A DNA stretch of 64,000 nucleotides, taken from the IMG/VR virus record IMGVR_UViG_3300021364_000005; one strand, 5' to 3'. This DNA comes from a virus (Duplodnaviria; Caudoviricetes). A program made the translations under genes and the position numbers. The notes beneath the pieces are model-generated. The model was not told the origin of the DNA. It did not search any database and was given only the letters and a program-made list of their open reading frames with translations. This document shows positions 50,601 to 59,153 of this stretch, one piece after another (within the stretch, counting starts at the first letter, position 1; the number at the start of each line of letters is the position of its first letter).

Positions 50601-53348
50601 TACATTTATATCTCCTGTAATACTAGAGATTGTATTTCCTGCAAGTCTAATATTTCCAGTTTCAATCTTAAAAGGATCAACTGTGCTTGAGTTTACACCG
50701 CTTACAAAATTAATACCTGTTAGTGTTGTAACATCAAATGTTCCACCTTGGAATGTTGTGTTGCCTGTCTGTTGATCTACTGTAAAGTGATCTCCTATTC
50801 TAAAATCACCTCTTTGGTCAACACTTGAATAATAAACACGGCCTCCATTTGCTTCAGTGATTTCGTTTGCTTGTATTACTGCGCTATCATCGTTATCAAG
50901 TCTTTTGCCAACACCAATGTATCCGAAGTTATGAGATACCATTCTCAAACTTGTGTCCGCACCATCGGCTACTAAACCAAAGTTACCGTATACGTTTGCA
51001 GATGCAATTGAACGCATTTCAGCAGCAAACTCTTTTCTATCATACCTTAAAATACTTGTTGCAGTTGCACCGCCACTAAATGTAATTGATGCAGGAGTAG
51101 TATCAAATCCTTCTAAGTCATCTACTTTTCCGTCTTGTACAAGCGTTGTAGAATTTTCAACAGCGTCTACTGTAAGTGTAACTACAGTAGAACCGTCAGT
51201 TGATGTAAATGTAGCAGTATCACCTTGTGCTATTGTACCTACAACTCCGCCTAAAGTAATTCTTGTCTTACCTGCTCCGCCACGGCCTTGTGTACCTGTT
51301 ATACCTTTAATAGCTTCATGTGCAAAATAAGTAAAACAATTAAGCCATTCTACTCTAGCACCGTTTGTCATTATCAAACCAACACTGTTTGGTACTATGA
51401 ACGTACAACTATCAAATAACATTGCCGGTTCAATCGATCCAGTTGCTATACTTGCTCCATCTACTAATGCGCCACGACCAGCATCTCCTGCATCAAAGCC
51501 GTATGGATCATCTGCTGCATTTGTGCCTTGTCTAACACTAGAGCCAAAGTTAGCTACAGTTATATCTTTCATATACGCTGAACGGATAGTTACACTTGCT
51601 GTTGGCTTGTAACGTATTGCATAACCTGTGTCATTAGTTGTATTGTATTCCATTTCACGGATGGTCATACCTTCTATAACTACACCACCGTCTACACGGA
51701 AACAGTCTAAGTCTCTTGTTGCTGCACTTGGTTTTATTTGTGTAGCACGTAATCCTGCGCCTCTAACAGTAACGTTTGCAGGTACATCTAATGGAAATGT
51801 TTCTTCAAATGTGCCTGCAGAAATATTTACAATATCGCCTGTTGTAGCTTGCGATAATGCATATCTTATAGTAGCATATGCATCGTTTGGCAAAGCACCA
51901 CTGTTATTGTCATCTCCGTTTGCTGTAACATATATTACATTACCTTCAGGTTTTACAATATCTATACCCTGAGCTGTAATAGTTCCAGTACCGTTAGCTA
52001 ACAATTCTAAGTTTGCATTAGTATTAAGAGTTCTAATTCTGTTGCCATCGATTTCTATTTCATCTACAACTATTCTTTCTGCATCAACAACACTTGCTTC
52101 AAAGTTTGTTCTTGTTCCATCTTCGCTTACTATGACAAGTCCGCCTGCGCCATTGTCTTGTAGTTGTAGTGTTCCTAGATATATTGTTTGTCCGCTTACA
52201 TATAATGAACGCCATTTTTTAGTAGCACTACCTAAATCATATGTTCCGTCTGCATCAGGTATAAGATGCGATTCAAAATCTGCTGCTACTGTGATAGAAT
52301 CAGTGTCTGCGTCACCTATTGTAATGTTACCACCTAATGTTAGGTCACCTGTGATATTTGCATCACCTGTTAATGTTAATGTAGTGCCATCAAATGTTAA
52401 GTTACCACTATCTTCTATTTCGCCATCTGTTCCTGCAAGCAAAACTCTAGAAGCAGTCAAGTCGCTGACTTTTAAACTAGGTACAACAGTGTCACTTAGT
52501 ATATCAATAATACCAGTTCCTGCTGCTTGCAATTCCATGTTAGCATTAGAATTGTAAGTTTCTATCCTGTTACCATTAATAGCAATCTCGGATAATTTCA
52601 TATTACCGTTTGGATCAACTTCTACGTTTTCGCCTATTCTAGTAGTGCCGCCACCTTGACCAATTGAGGTATTACCACCGTCGTCAATAACTATATCATC
52701 ATTATTACCTAATTTAGTTTCACCACCGTCTCCAGCACCTATCTCTAAATCTTCTCCTGGTCCTGTAGTAATACTACCTCCGCCGCCACCGCCGACTATA
52801 ACTTCACCAAACTGTCCACCATCTCCACTTGCTGGACCGAGTAGTCCTGAATATACAGCACCTTGTATGTAAATAGATTTGCCACTAGTTAATCCGCTAG
52901 GTAAGTTTTCTCCAATAAAATTTAAAGTTCCGGAAGCATAGTCAAAGAACCATTCGTCGTTGTTGCCACTACCTGCTGCAAATATTTTATTCCCTGTACT
53001 TGCAGGATTTGCAGCGCCAGGATTATCTATAAAGACATTTACAAGATAAGTTGCACCAAATTGCGGAGGAATCCAGTTTTCATATCCAGAACTCCATGTT
53101 CTTCTAGGAGTAGCTGTTGCATCTTCAGTTGCTTCAACAGTTTCTAAAGTAACCACACTTGTGCTTGTAGTAGGAATCGTTGCAGGAATACTTGCAGCAT
53201 CACCCCATATTTGGTCTGCCCGTAAAAGCAATCCGCTTGCAATACTTTCGTTAACAGCACTCTTAATACTGTTTACATCAGTTTTTGCAACACCGTAACC
53301 TACTTTTTTCCAAAGCCAGTCAATTTTTTGTATATCACTAATTGCCAT
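44694..53348 (-). CDS. 2884-aa giant structural/fibre protein: shared N-terminus, beta-helix, 12-aa tandem repeat, PKD-like domain, C-terminal ~870 aa paralogous to 53359..56736
   Basis: MAISDIQKIDWLWKKVGYG; IYVTANGDDNNSG...AGTFEETFPL.VP; GRVYYSSVDQRGDFRIG; PKD-like YDIDWGDGT.....PSHTY; C-terminus TQYFTFAFRR...GNVVLVRIAL.AG.SITSLSI. Confidence 0.85.
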   Translation of the reverse strand: MAISDIQKIDWLWKKVGYGVAKTDVNSIKSAVNESIASGLLLRADQIWGDAASIPATIPTTSTSVVTLETVEATEDATATPRRTWSSGYENWIPPQFGATYLVNVFIDNPGAANPASTGNKIFAAGSGNNDEWFFDYASGTLNFIGENLPSGLTSGKSIYIQGAVYSGLLGPASGDGGQFGEVIVGGGGGGSITTGPGEDLEIGAGDGGETKLGNNDDIVIDDGGNTSIGQGGGTTRIGENVEVDPNGNMKLSEIAINGNRIETYNSNANMELQAAGTGIIDILSDTVVPSLKVSDLTASRVLLAGTDGEIEDSGNLTFDGTTLTLTGDANITGDLTLGGNITIGDADTDSITVAADFESHLIPDADGTYDLGSATKKWRSLYVSGQTIYLGTLQLQDNGAGGLVIVSEDGTRTNFEASVVDAERIVVDEIEIDGNRIRTLNTNANLELLANGTGTITAQGIDIVKPEGNVIYVTANGDDNNSGALPNDAYATIRYALSQATTGDIVNISAGTFEETFPLDVPANVTVRGAGLRATQIKPSAATRDLDCFRVDGGVVIEGMTIREMEYNTTNDTGYAIRYKPTASVTIRSAYMKDITVANFGSSVRQGTNAADDPYGFDAGDAGRGALVDGASIATGSIEPAMLFDSCTFIVPNSVGLIMTNGARVEWLNCFTYFAHEAIKGITGTQGRGGAGKTRITLGGVVGTIAQGDTATFTSTDGSTVVTLTVDAVENSTTLVQDGKVDDLEGFDTTPASITFSGGATATSILRYDRKEFAAEMRSIASANVYGNFGLVADGADTSLRMVSHNFGYIGVGKRLDNDDSAVIQANEITEANGGRVYYSSVDQRGDFRIGDHFTVDQQTGNTTFQGGTFDVTTLTGINFVSGVNSSTVDPFKIETGNIRLAGNTISSITGDINVTPAGTAVINLSADTSVSGTLTVGQDLTVNGDTNISGNVDITGNLVLGGNITIGDADTDSITVAADFESDLVPDADETYNLGSNTKQWKNLFVQNIEAGELTIEDISINGNRIETINSDSNLEIDTAGAGTIELQSDTNITGDATVSGTLDVTGDTTITTVTASGLASLDGGINVNDLYNVATNGNTTIGATLDVTGDTTLANLDAQETTLSSATVSDLTTGRVVLAGTAGAIEDSGNLTFDGTLLDVTGNVTLSGTLDVNTDATIATAKIEDLTAGRVVLAGTGGEIEDSGNLTFDGTTLGITGNIDVSGDVTIGGNIQIGDADTDAITVAADFESHLIPNEDETYDLGSATKKWRNLYVAGQTIHLGGIQLKEENGGFKVVDASGNEMDITGGTIFADRLIGEDITIDGNRIQTNSSNSDLEFATAGTGTLELLTDTNITGAATVSSTLGVTGATTLSDTLGVTGATTLSSTLGVTGATTLSDTLGVTGATTLSDTLGVTGATTLNDTLGVTGATTLNDTLGVTGATTLSSTLGVTGATTLSDTLGVTGDTTLSSNATVGGTLGVTGATTLSSTLGVTGTSTLADTNITGILTVTGSISVDNIDIDGSTIGASTDITIDPNPTGTGGTLNVAGALDVTDNATVGGTLGVTGATTLSSTLGVTGETTLASAIVSDLTDNRIVLAGTSGAIEDSADLTFDGTTFDIGQGNFTVASATGNTAIAGTLDVTGASTFATVELGNLTAGRVVLAGTNGSVEDSANLTFDGTTLTTTALALDNITIDGNTIATTTGTLTIDPTPAGSAGTVTIQGDLQVMGTTTTINSTVTTLDDPILTLGGDTAPTTDDTKDKGIEFRWHTGTDAKVGFFGFDRTDEKFTFIPDATNSSEVFSGTAGNVKFGNIDAVDINATGNVTIGGNITIGDADTDGITIAGEFDSHLIPNDTHTYDLGSDTKRWRDLYLSGNSIYLGDVTMSQHSGGMMVHMPGTSTMMDLYAAQVNAGTLLLDNIRVDGNLITTTESNSNLELATGGTGSVDLLADTNITGTLDVSGTVTTGDLNALAFTANTIESTGNTTVGSNLIVNDDILTHSLKISDNRITALNTNDTLELAAAGTGAVDVVGKFTVGSTTEVEEILDEDDLVSDSDTAIPTQQSVKAYVDANIGAVQGGLSGDQITLGDPTDSSYTDGAYKLLSGTGNIAEAMDQLNETMLNVANNTFVRSVTFTGTPLAGGEGTSVTLTIVKEGNPNNYDIDWGDGTTETVTSLTPSHTYTSNTNSPYTVVVRAYHSDGAGYGSEATQTREDYVIIYTADPVMAFRLYRASSGGTALTGNDLYVNEGDSLYMENITTNTTMADVTYSMDWGDGTTADAIGSDADAGGVLGARLQHTWGTGTATGNGTDTLTLSLLTHTTATPSIFPLTVTEDLKVYDPNITAPDGLGTKTLIVQESINSNPRLAYGFTDNTGSSTLTAGSTVKRTNSTVAVFTKAQPTFAYDADSGDLSALVDGTNAGTITLSSSDNTGSATSLEIVEESDYNLLNTDGSDLSFSSTIYTPNLYKGFKARVNHDASTFAAGIHTFQLEHSVTGSTNVEEFVHDPIGDATVLAGTVVEGTAGTKKYISGVPYYAGGNTVILQNWQVEDFCGQVYNDYSTGWGHPVTVSSGTDYEGTSDVVAVIQNYTLAQMSNPSNPMLNGSNVIANVGTGGTPYTMNNITVNVAGATDQISIANLQVRSANVNGFSDYVDSNEKIQVHTAAQTGINETAIPVSDSLGATYTDDGKRSAAFLSETTSTPAFNGATNFYTSNVFTEASDPGVEGTQEATVRLGVLKHDTTNYSTFLPAGPNRTGDSGTQYFTFAFRRSAVSKFRINITSSGIGGLWIAVPGSTTDTTSGLNGWLRADTAFGGSGAPGSSTGGNGSDGVADGPANRILSNTSLSGNYQMTLGTVSTTSATGNVVLVRIALNAGNSITSLSILEGA
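48860..49270 (-). repeat. Tandem 36-nt/12-aa repeat (GVTGATTLSDTL), about 11 copies, inside the 2884-aa gene
   Basis: Visible in the translation: TLGVTG occurs 11 times at mostly 12-residue spacing, with variable synonymous positions. Confidence 0.9.
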
Positions 53349-53358
53349 TTACTTTACC

Positions 53359-56300
53359 CTATGATATAGAAAGTGCTGTTACACTTTCTCCTGCTGCTAA
53401 TGCTATCCTTACTAAAACAACATTACCTGTCGAATTAGTCATGTTTTCTGTACCTAATGTCATTGTAAATCCGCCGCTCAACGACTGTCCAGGAATAATC
53501 CTTTCACCACTATTTGATGCACAGCCGTTAGAACCATTACCACCTGCGCCTGCGCCTGGTACACCGCTACCGTTATAAACTGCTGATGTATCTAGCCAGC
53601 CATTTATAGTACTAGTTGAGTCTATTGCTGTTCCCGGAGCAGCTATCCAACATCCTGTAATACCTGATGAACTTGTTATATTAATGTCAAAGTTTGCAAC
53701 AACTTGACGTCTAAATGCCATTGTAAAATATTGTGTTCCTGTGTCTGCACTTCTATCAGGTCCTGCAGGAAGCAAAGCACTATAATCATCTACATTATGT
53801 TCAATTACACCATAACGTACGGTTGCTTCTTGTGTACCTGCTACTCCTGGATCTGCTGACTCTGTATAAGGATTGCTTGTGTAAAAGTTTGTAGCACTGT
53901 TAAATGTCGGAGTATCACCTGTTGCAGATGCTAGATCAAATATTCTAACAGCATCATCTGTAAAACCTGTACCTAAACTGTTGCTTACATTTACAGCAGT
54001 TTCATTTATACCACTTTGGTTTGCTGTATGTACTTGTATAACTTCTGGTAAAGTTACATATGAACTGTATCCGTTTATGTTACGAACTCTGTAACGTAAT
54101 TGTTCTGTTACTCTAGCATTATTTGCATTTACATTGATAGTTAAGTCTCCAAATGCATATGGAGTTCCTATACCAGTATTTGCATTTGGTATGCCTCCTG
54201 TTAGCATTGTAGTTGCGCCATCAACGGCTGCATAGTTGTAGTTTTGTTCTACAATTCCACTACCACTTCCGTCTGTATCTGCACCGCTTGTTACTTCTAT
54301 AACATCGTTAATATTAGAATATGTTTGTCCTACTAAATTTGTACCTGTTGCACCACTTAATGTTAAGCTGGCTCCTACATTATAATATGGAATTCCGCTA
54401 ACATAACGCACTGTACCTGCGTTTGCTTCAGTTAACGTGCCTCCTGCTGCTACAGGATTTGCAGTTAAATCATCTTTTACAAATTCAACCGTGTTTGTGT
54501 CACCTGTTATACTATGACTTAGCTGATAACTGTTAACGCCTACTGACAAACTTGATCTAGTTTTGTTTACACCAGCAGTAAATCCTTGGTACAATCCTGG
54601 ATGATATATGCTACTGTTAAAGTTTACTTGGCTACCGCTTGCGTTGTAAAGATTAAAATCTGCTTCTAATGGAACAGTAAGAGCAGAATATGTTCCACTG
54701 TTACTACCTGAAGTAAATGTTACAGATCCATCAGCTGTTCCGTTAACTAGAGCTGATAAAGTTCCTGCTGCTGCATCATAAACAAGAGTGCTTAATGTTT
54801 GTGTTTGAACTACTCCGCTATCACCTTCGTATCTAGTAATACTTGATCCTGCTGTTAAACTTGTGCCGCCGGTATTGTCTGTAAATCCTGCTGCAAGTAA
54901 TCCAGTACCGTCTGAGCCTGTTAAATTAATTGTTTTAGAACTTAACCCAGCAGGTGCTGCAATATTAGGATCGTATACTTTAAGTTGTTTTGTTACAGAT
55001 AAAGGAAAGATTCCTGGAGTAGCAGTGGTATGCGTATCTAATCTTAGAGTAAGAGTGTCTCTGCTTGTTCCTGTATTTGTACCTGTAGCCCAAGTATGTT
55101 GTAATCTTGACCCTGTTACGCCTCCTGGATCGTTATCACTTGCTATAGCATCGTCACTTGATCCATCTCCCCATAGCATAGTATATGTAACATCTGCCAT
55201 AGTTGTATTTGTTGTATTGTTCTGCATATACAGGCTGTTGCCTTCAATCACATATAATGTAGACCCGCTTAATGCAGTTCCGCCAGTAGCAGCATTGTAA
55301 AGATCAAACAGCACGTCTGGATCTGCTGTGTAAATTATTATATAATCTTCTTGCGTTGCACTTGCTTCACTGCCATAGCCGCTGCCTTGATTGTTAAATG
55401 CTCTAACTGTAATTGTGTAAGGACTATCTGTATTTGAAGTATATGTATGACTCGGAGTGCTATCTGTTATTCCTAAGTCAACACTACCGTCGCCCCATGT
55501 TACATCATATCTATTAGCTGTACCATCAACTGTTAAACTTAAAGTTACTGTTGTTCCTTCACCTCCTGCTGTTGGTGAGCCAGTAAATGAAATTGAACGC
55601 ACATATGTTGCATTCCTAATGTTTAACATAGTTTCGTTAAGTTGATCTATAGCTTCTGCTATATCACCGTCTGATGCTATCGCAGTATATGCACCGTCTG
55701 TAAATGTTCCATCACTAGGAGCACCAACTACAATTTGATCACCTACTAAAGCGCCTACTGTATCTGAGATATTACTGTCTACATATGCTTTTATGCTTTG
55801 TTGTGTTGCTAAAGCAGTAGCACTATCACTTACTAGGTCGTCTTCATCAAGGATATTATCAACACTTATACCTGCATTTATTCTTAAACTTCCAATTACT
55901 TGAATTAATCCTGTACCAGATGCAGTTAATGTTAAATCGCTGTTGCTTGCTGTTGTCTTAATAACATTGCCGTCGATCTCAATGTCATCATTAATAGTAA
56001 TTTTACCTGTTCTAATAGGCGAACCAAAAACAACATCACCTGTGCCTGCTGCATTAATAAACAAATCGCTGTTGCTAATAGTTGTTTGTAATGTATCACC
56101 AGTGATTAAAATGTTTTCAGCAATTCTTGCACTATCAGCTTCGGTTAATCCACCTAGTTCGCCTACTAATTCACCATCTTCGTTAAATACCTGTAAACTG
56201 CCGTCACCTGAATCTTTTAATTCAATTCCACCTAACGTAATTGATTGCCCTGATAGGTAAATATCTCTCCATCTTTTAGATGCAGAACCTAAGTCATAAA

Positions 56301-56736
56301 CTTCTGTTTGATCAGGAATAAGATGACTTCCTATATCTGCTGCAAAAGTAACAGTATCAGTATCAGCGTCACCTAAGGTAAGGTCACCGTCTGCTGTTAT
56401 AGACCCTGTTGCATGAAGATTACCTGTTACTTCTACGTTGCCGTTTAGATTTATAAAGTCTGTTCCTGTAGCTGCGCCAATGTTAATATCGCCTACAGTA
56501 GTTGAGATAGAGTTATTATCTAAAAGAAGATCATCAATTGTTAGAGATCCTGCTCTTAGTTCAGTTGCGTTGATTGTTCCGGTAACGTCTAATTCGTATC
56601 CAGGAGTGCCGTTGCTAATGCCAATGCGATCATTTGTGACATCAAGGTATAATAAATTTGTGTTTACTGCCAGATCATCGTCACGTAAGAGATTGCTCTT
56701 AAGTAACGGACCTGAGATTCTTCCTACATTGGCCAC
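53359..56736 (-). CDS. 1125-aa structural protein; shares the PKD-like and C-terminal domains with 44694..53348
   Basis: GTG start with GAGGAG SD; MANVGRISGPLLKSNLLRD. Shared ILDEDDLVSDS.TA..TQQS.KAYVD, YD..WGDG...PSHTY and TQYFT.AFRR...GNVVLVRIALAAGESVTALSIS. Confidence 0.85.
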   Translation of the reverse strand: MANVGRISGPLLKSNLLRDDDLAVNTNLLYLDVTNDRIGISNGTPGYELDVTGTINATELRAGSLTIDDLLLDNNSISTTVGDINIGAATGTDFINLNGNVEVTGNLHATGSITADGDLTLGDADTDTVTFAADIGSHLIPDQTEVYDLGSASKRWRDIYLSGQSITLGGIELKDSGDGSLQVFNEDGELVGELGGLTEADSARIAENILITGDTLQTTISNSDLFINAAGTGDVVFGSPIRTGKITINDDIEIDGNVIKTTASNSDLTLTASGTGLIQVIGSLRINAGISVDNILDEDDLVSDSATALATQQSIKAYVDSNISDTVGALVGDQIVVGAPSDGTFTDGAYTAIASDGDIAEAIDQLNETMLNIRNATYVRSISFTGSPTAGGEGTTVTLSLTVDGTANRYDVTWGDGSVDLGITDSTPSHTYTSNTDSPYTITVRAFNNQGSGYGSEASATQEDYIIIYTADPDVLFDLYNAATGGTALSGSTLYVIEGNSLYMQNNTTNTTMADVTYTMLWGDGSSDDAIASDNDPGGVTGSRLQHTWATGTNTGTSRDTLTLRLDTHTTATPGIFPLSVTKQLKVYDPNIAAPAGLSSKTINLTGSDGTGLLAAGFTDNTGGTSLTAGSSITRYEGDSGVVQTQTLSTLVYDAAAGTLSALVNGTADGSVTFTSGSNSGTYSALTVPLEADFNLYNASGSQVNFNSSIYHPGLYQGFTAGVNKTRSSLSVGVNSYQLSHSITGDTNTVEFVKDDLTANPVAAGGTLTEANAGTVRYVSGIPYYNVGASLTLSGATGTNLVGQTYSNINDVIEVTSGADTDGSGSGIVEQNYNYAAVDGATTMLTGGIPNANTGIGTPYAFGDLTINVNANNARVTEQLRYRVRNINGYSSYVTLPEVIQVHTANQSGINETAVNVSNSLGTGFTDDAVRIFDLASATGDTPTFNSATNFYTSNPYTESADPGVAGTQEATVRYGVIEHNVDDYSALLPAGPDRSADTGTQYFTMAFRRQVVANFDINITSSSGITGCWIAAPGTAIDSTSTINGWLDTSAVYNGSGVPGAGAGGNGSNGCASNSGERIIPGQSLSGGFTMTLGTENMTNSTGNVVLVRIALAAGESVTALSIS

Positions 56737-56866
56737 ATCAGCTCCTCAAATACGGCGATCCTGTCGCTCCAACCACTTTTTCATCCGCTTGGTTACGGCT
56801 CTTTGCGGGTTGACCACAGTTTGACCCTGCAACTAGACCAAGTTTGTTGCATTAATAGTATTTATC
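56737..56866 (-). promoter_or_regulatory. Late promoter GATAAATA (56859-56866) followed by a ~120-nt structured 5' leader
   Basis: Helices UGCAAC/GUUGCA (56828-56851), CAACC/GGUUG, CCGC/GCGG, and GCGA-CAGGA-UCGC (56755-56767) just before the SD. Confidence 0.6.
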
Positions 56867-56872
56867 CAATCA

Positions 56873-56903
56873 AAAAAATAAGGGCTAGTAACTGCCCTTA
56901 TTT
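56873..56903 (-). terminator. Rho-independent terminator
   Basis: AATAAGGGC-AGTTACTA-GCCCTTATT followed by a T-run, overlapping the stop of 56898..57425. Confidence 0.85.
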
Positions 56904-57425
56904 GTCGAAGTTATGAATAACTGTGATGTTCTTTCCTGTAGGGGGAGCAGTACCAAAATCTAAATAATATCCTGCTGTTTTTCCTGCAGGATTTTGTACT
57001 AATGTATAGTTTGTTGTAGGTACTTGGTATACGTTTTCGATAAAAACAAATAAACTTTGTGGGTTGTTTGCAAAACTTGTAGGATCTTCTGGATCTTGAT
57101 TGTCTAAAGGTCCAAATTGTGTTTCTACATCATCAGCACCAGTAAATGTTTGTTGATGAATTACTGTAGCAGTACCCATTCTTATCTTTTTCCAGTCGCC
57201 TCCAATATATGCTTCCAACTTTCCATCTATAGGATCGCCTGGATTTGACTCGATTAAATATCTCATCATACCTTCTTCTGGTACAAGAGGTCTTTCAGTA
57301 GTATCACCTCTAGGCACAGTAACACTTTTTCTACCTTCTAAAGAAAACTCTCCATTAGGTCTAACGACATAACCTCTGCCTTCGACATTTTTAATGTTTG
57401 TTACTTGTTTTCTATAAAATTTCAT
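56898..57425 (-). CDS. Hypothetical virion-associated protein, 175 aa
   Basis: ORF track. VPRGDTTERP...GMMRY....LEAY.GGDW motif, similar to IPVGTTVQRP...GYMRYN...FEGYSGNSW in the 2063-aa protein. Confidence 0.75.
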   Translation of the reverse strand: MKFYRKQVTNIKNVEGRGYVVRPNGEFSLEGRKSVTVPRGDTTERPLVPEEGMMRYLIESNPGDPIDGKLEAYIGGDWKKIRMGTATVIHQQTFTGADDVETQFGPLDNQDPEDPTSFANNPQSLFVFIENVYQVPTTNYTLVQNPAGKTAGYYLDFGTAPPTGKNITVIHNFDK

Positions 57426-57770
57426 TTAAATTTCCACGTAACTTAATGTGCCTGATAAGTTGTTTGGTGTTGTACTAAACACTACAATGCTGTCTCCAGC
57501 TTCTAAAACAATTTTTTCAGTATCCATTACAAATGTTTCACCAGCTGATAAAGGTAATTCTTTAATTACCATATTAGCATTTCCAATACTACCTGTGCCA
57601 CCATTGTTTACAATGTGCATAGTTAGCTTTGTTAAGCCCGCTAGGTCATTTGTAGGGTCTGGTGCTGCTGTATTAACTATCATTATAGTTGTAACAACAT
57701 AGCTTTTATCAACAGGAACAGTAATTATTGTTTGTGCTGTGTTAGTTATATCTAAATTATTAATAGCCAT
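57426..57770 (-). CDS. Small beta-rich virion-associated protein, 114 aa; paralog of 20982..21311
   Basis: See the paralog. Confidence 0.75.
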   Translation of the reverse strand: MAINNLDITNTAQTIITVPVDKSYVVTTIMIVNTAAPDPTNDLAGLTKLTMHIVNNGGTGSIGNANMVIKELPLSAGETFVMDTEKIVLEAGDSIVVFSTTPNNLSGTLSYVEI

Positions 57771-57780
57771 TTACTTTTCC

Positions 57781-58752
57781 TTAAAATATTAGTCCAAATA
57801 GCACAGCAGTTCTATAACTTGCAAGTTCACCTGTCCTAGTTGCAGTTTGATATTTAACACCTGTGTCTTTAATACTTGTTGTATCGTGATATAATTGCAC
57901 ACCTGCTGTTGGAGCAGGTGGAGAGCTACCACTTACATCACTGTCTATTTGTAAAACATCGGCAACCTTAACGACTCCTCCTCCAGCAGCAATAAGATTT
58001 AAGTCATCGCCACTATTAGTTGAACTTATTGTAGTTCCTTGTATGGTTAAATCGTATATACTAGCTGAAGATGTACCGTATACTGCACGGTTGAATCCAT
58101 CAACTTGTATTCTTACAATACTATCAACACCTGTATTATCAAAATCTTCAGCAGATACTAATGTATCTCCTTGTGCAATCGAGCTAGGAGGGTTAGCACC
58201 TGTAAAACCAGTAATATAATCAATTACCCATTTTCTATTTGGTATATCGTCGTCACCTACAACATAATTTTCGTAGTCAGCAGCCATAGCTCTAAGAGGA
58301 TTACTACCTGCATCAAATACAAGAGGACCTCCTCCTGAGTCTATGCTATTAGTTACAATACCTGCTGTATTTTCTGTGCCGTTACTGTCAACTAGTTTAA
58401 ACTTAAATGCGCCTAATCCTTGTGTTGCGTTTACAGGATCATCATAAGGCGCACTCTCGTCAAAAACTAATCTGGCATTTGGTAAATTACCACGCACAAT
58501 TTCAATACCTGATTCGGCAGCAATACCACTTCCTGGTGTTATTCCCAATCCAGTTTCATTAATATTTAAACGAACAATTCTATCTTCAACATCTAATTCA
58601 GTTGTGTTAATAGTTGTTTGCTCGCCTTGGACAATTAAATCACCTGAAATAATCACTCTACCAACATCAACACCTGTATGTAATACAATGTCGCCGCCTG
58701 GTTGAACTGCTATTCTATAATCGCCGCCGGGTATATCAAGCATTTTACTCAT
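57781..58752 (-). CDS. 323-aa structural protein with fibre-type module
   Basis: TTINTTELDVEDRIVRLN...SGIEIVRG module shared with the giant fibres. Confidence 0.75.
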   Translation of the reverse strand: MSKMLDIPGGDYRIAVQPGGDIVLHTGVDVGRVIISGDLIVQGEQTTINTTELDVEDRIVRLNINETGLGITPGSGIAAESGIEIVRGNLPNARLVFDESAPYDDPVNATQGLGAFKFKLVDSNGTENTAGIVTNSIDSGGGPLVFDAGSNPLRAMAADYENYVVGDDDIPNRKWVIDYITGFTGANPPSSIAQGDTLVSAEDFDNTGVDSIVRIQVDGFNRAVYGTSSASIYDLTIQGTTISSTNSGDDLNLIAAGGGVVKVADVLQIDSDVSGSSPPAPTAGVQLYHDTTSIKDTGVKYQTATRTGELASYRTAVLFGLIF

Positions 58753-58766
58753 ACGTCATTATGCCT

Positions 58767-59153
58767 TTATTGTGAGTCTACGTTTGCACCTGCATCGTCT
58801 GCACCAGGATGCTCGCCTGCTGACCAACTTACTTTTGCAACATCAGCTGTTCCGCCTTCGTATTGGATCTTACGATTGTAAAATCTTGTAACTTGAACTG
58901 TTGATGAATCGTCAAGTGTTGCGTGTACTGTAAAATCACCTGCTACTAATGAAGCATTTGCTTTATTAACAAGGGTTAATACTTCTGATGTTGTACCATC
59001 TGTTACAGTAAATTTGTTTGCTGATCTTTGGTTTACAATCCAAGCTGGTGTTGTTGCACCTGCTACTTCACTGCCACCTGTAAAAAAGTAACGTGTGACT
59101 AGGATTTTGCCTGCGCCTTGACCAAAATGTCTTTTATTTAATGGACGTCCCAT
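58767..59153 (-). CDS. Hypothetical phage protein, 128 aa (MGRPLNKRHFG...)
   Basis: ORF track; AAGGAG SD; late promoter and structured leader upstream. Confidence 0.8.
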   Translation of the reverse strand: MGRPLNKRHFGQGAGKILVTRYFFTGGSEVAGATTPAWIVNQRSANKFTVTDGTTSEVLTLVNKANASLVAGDFTVHATLDDSSTVQVTRFYNRKIQYEGGTADVAKVSWSAGEHPGADDAGANVDSQ

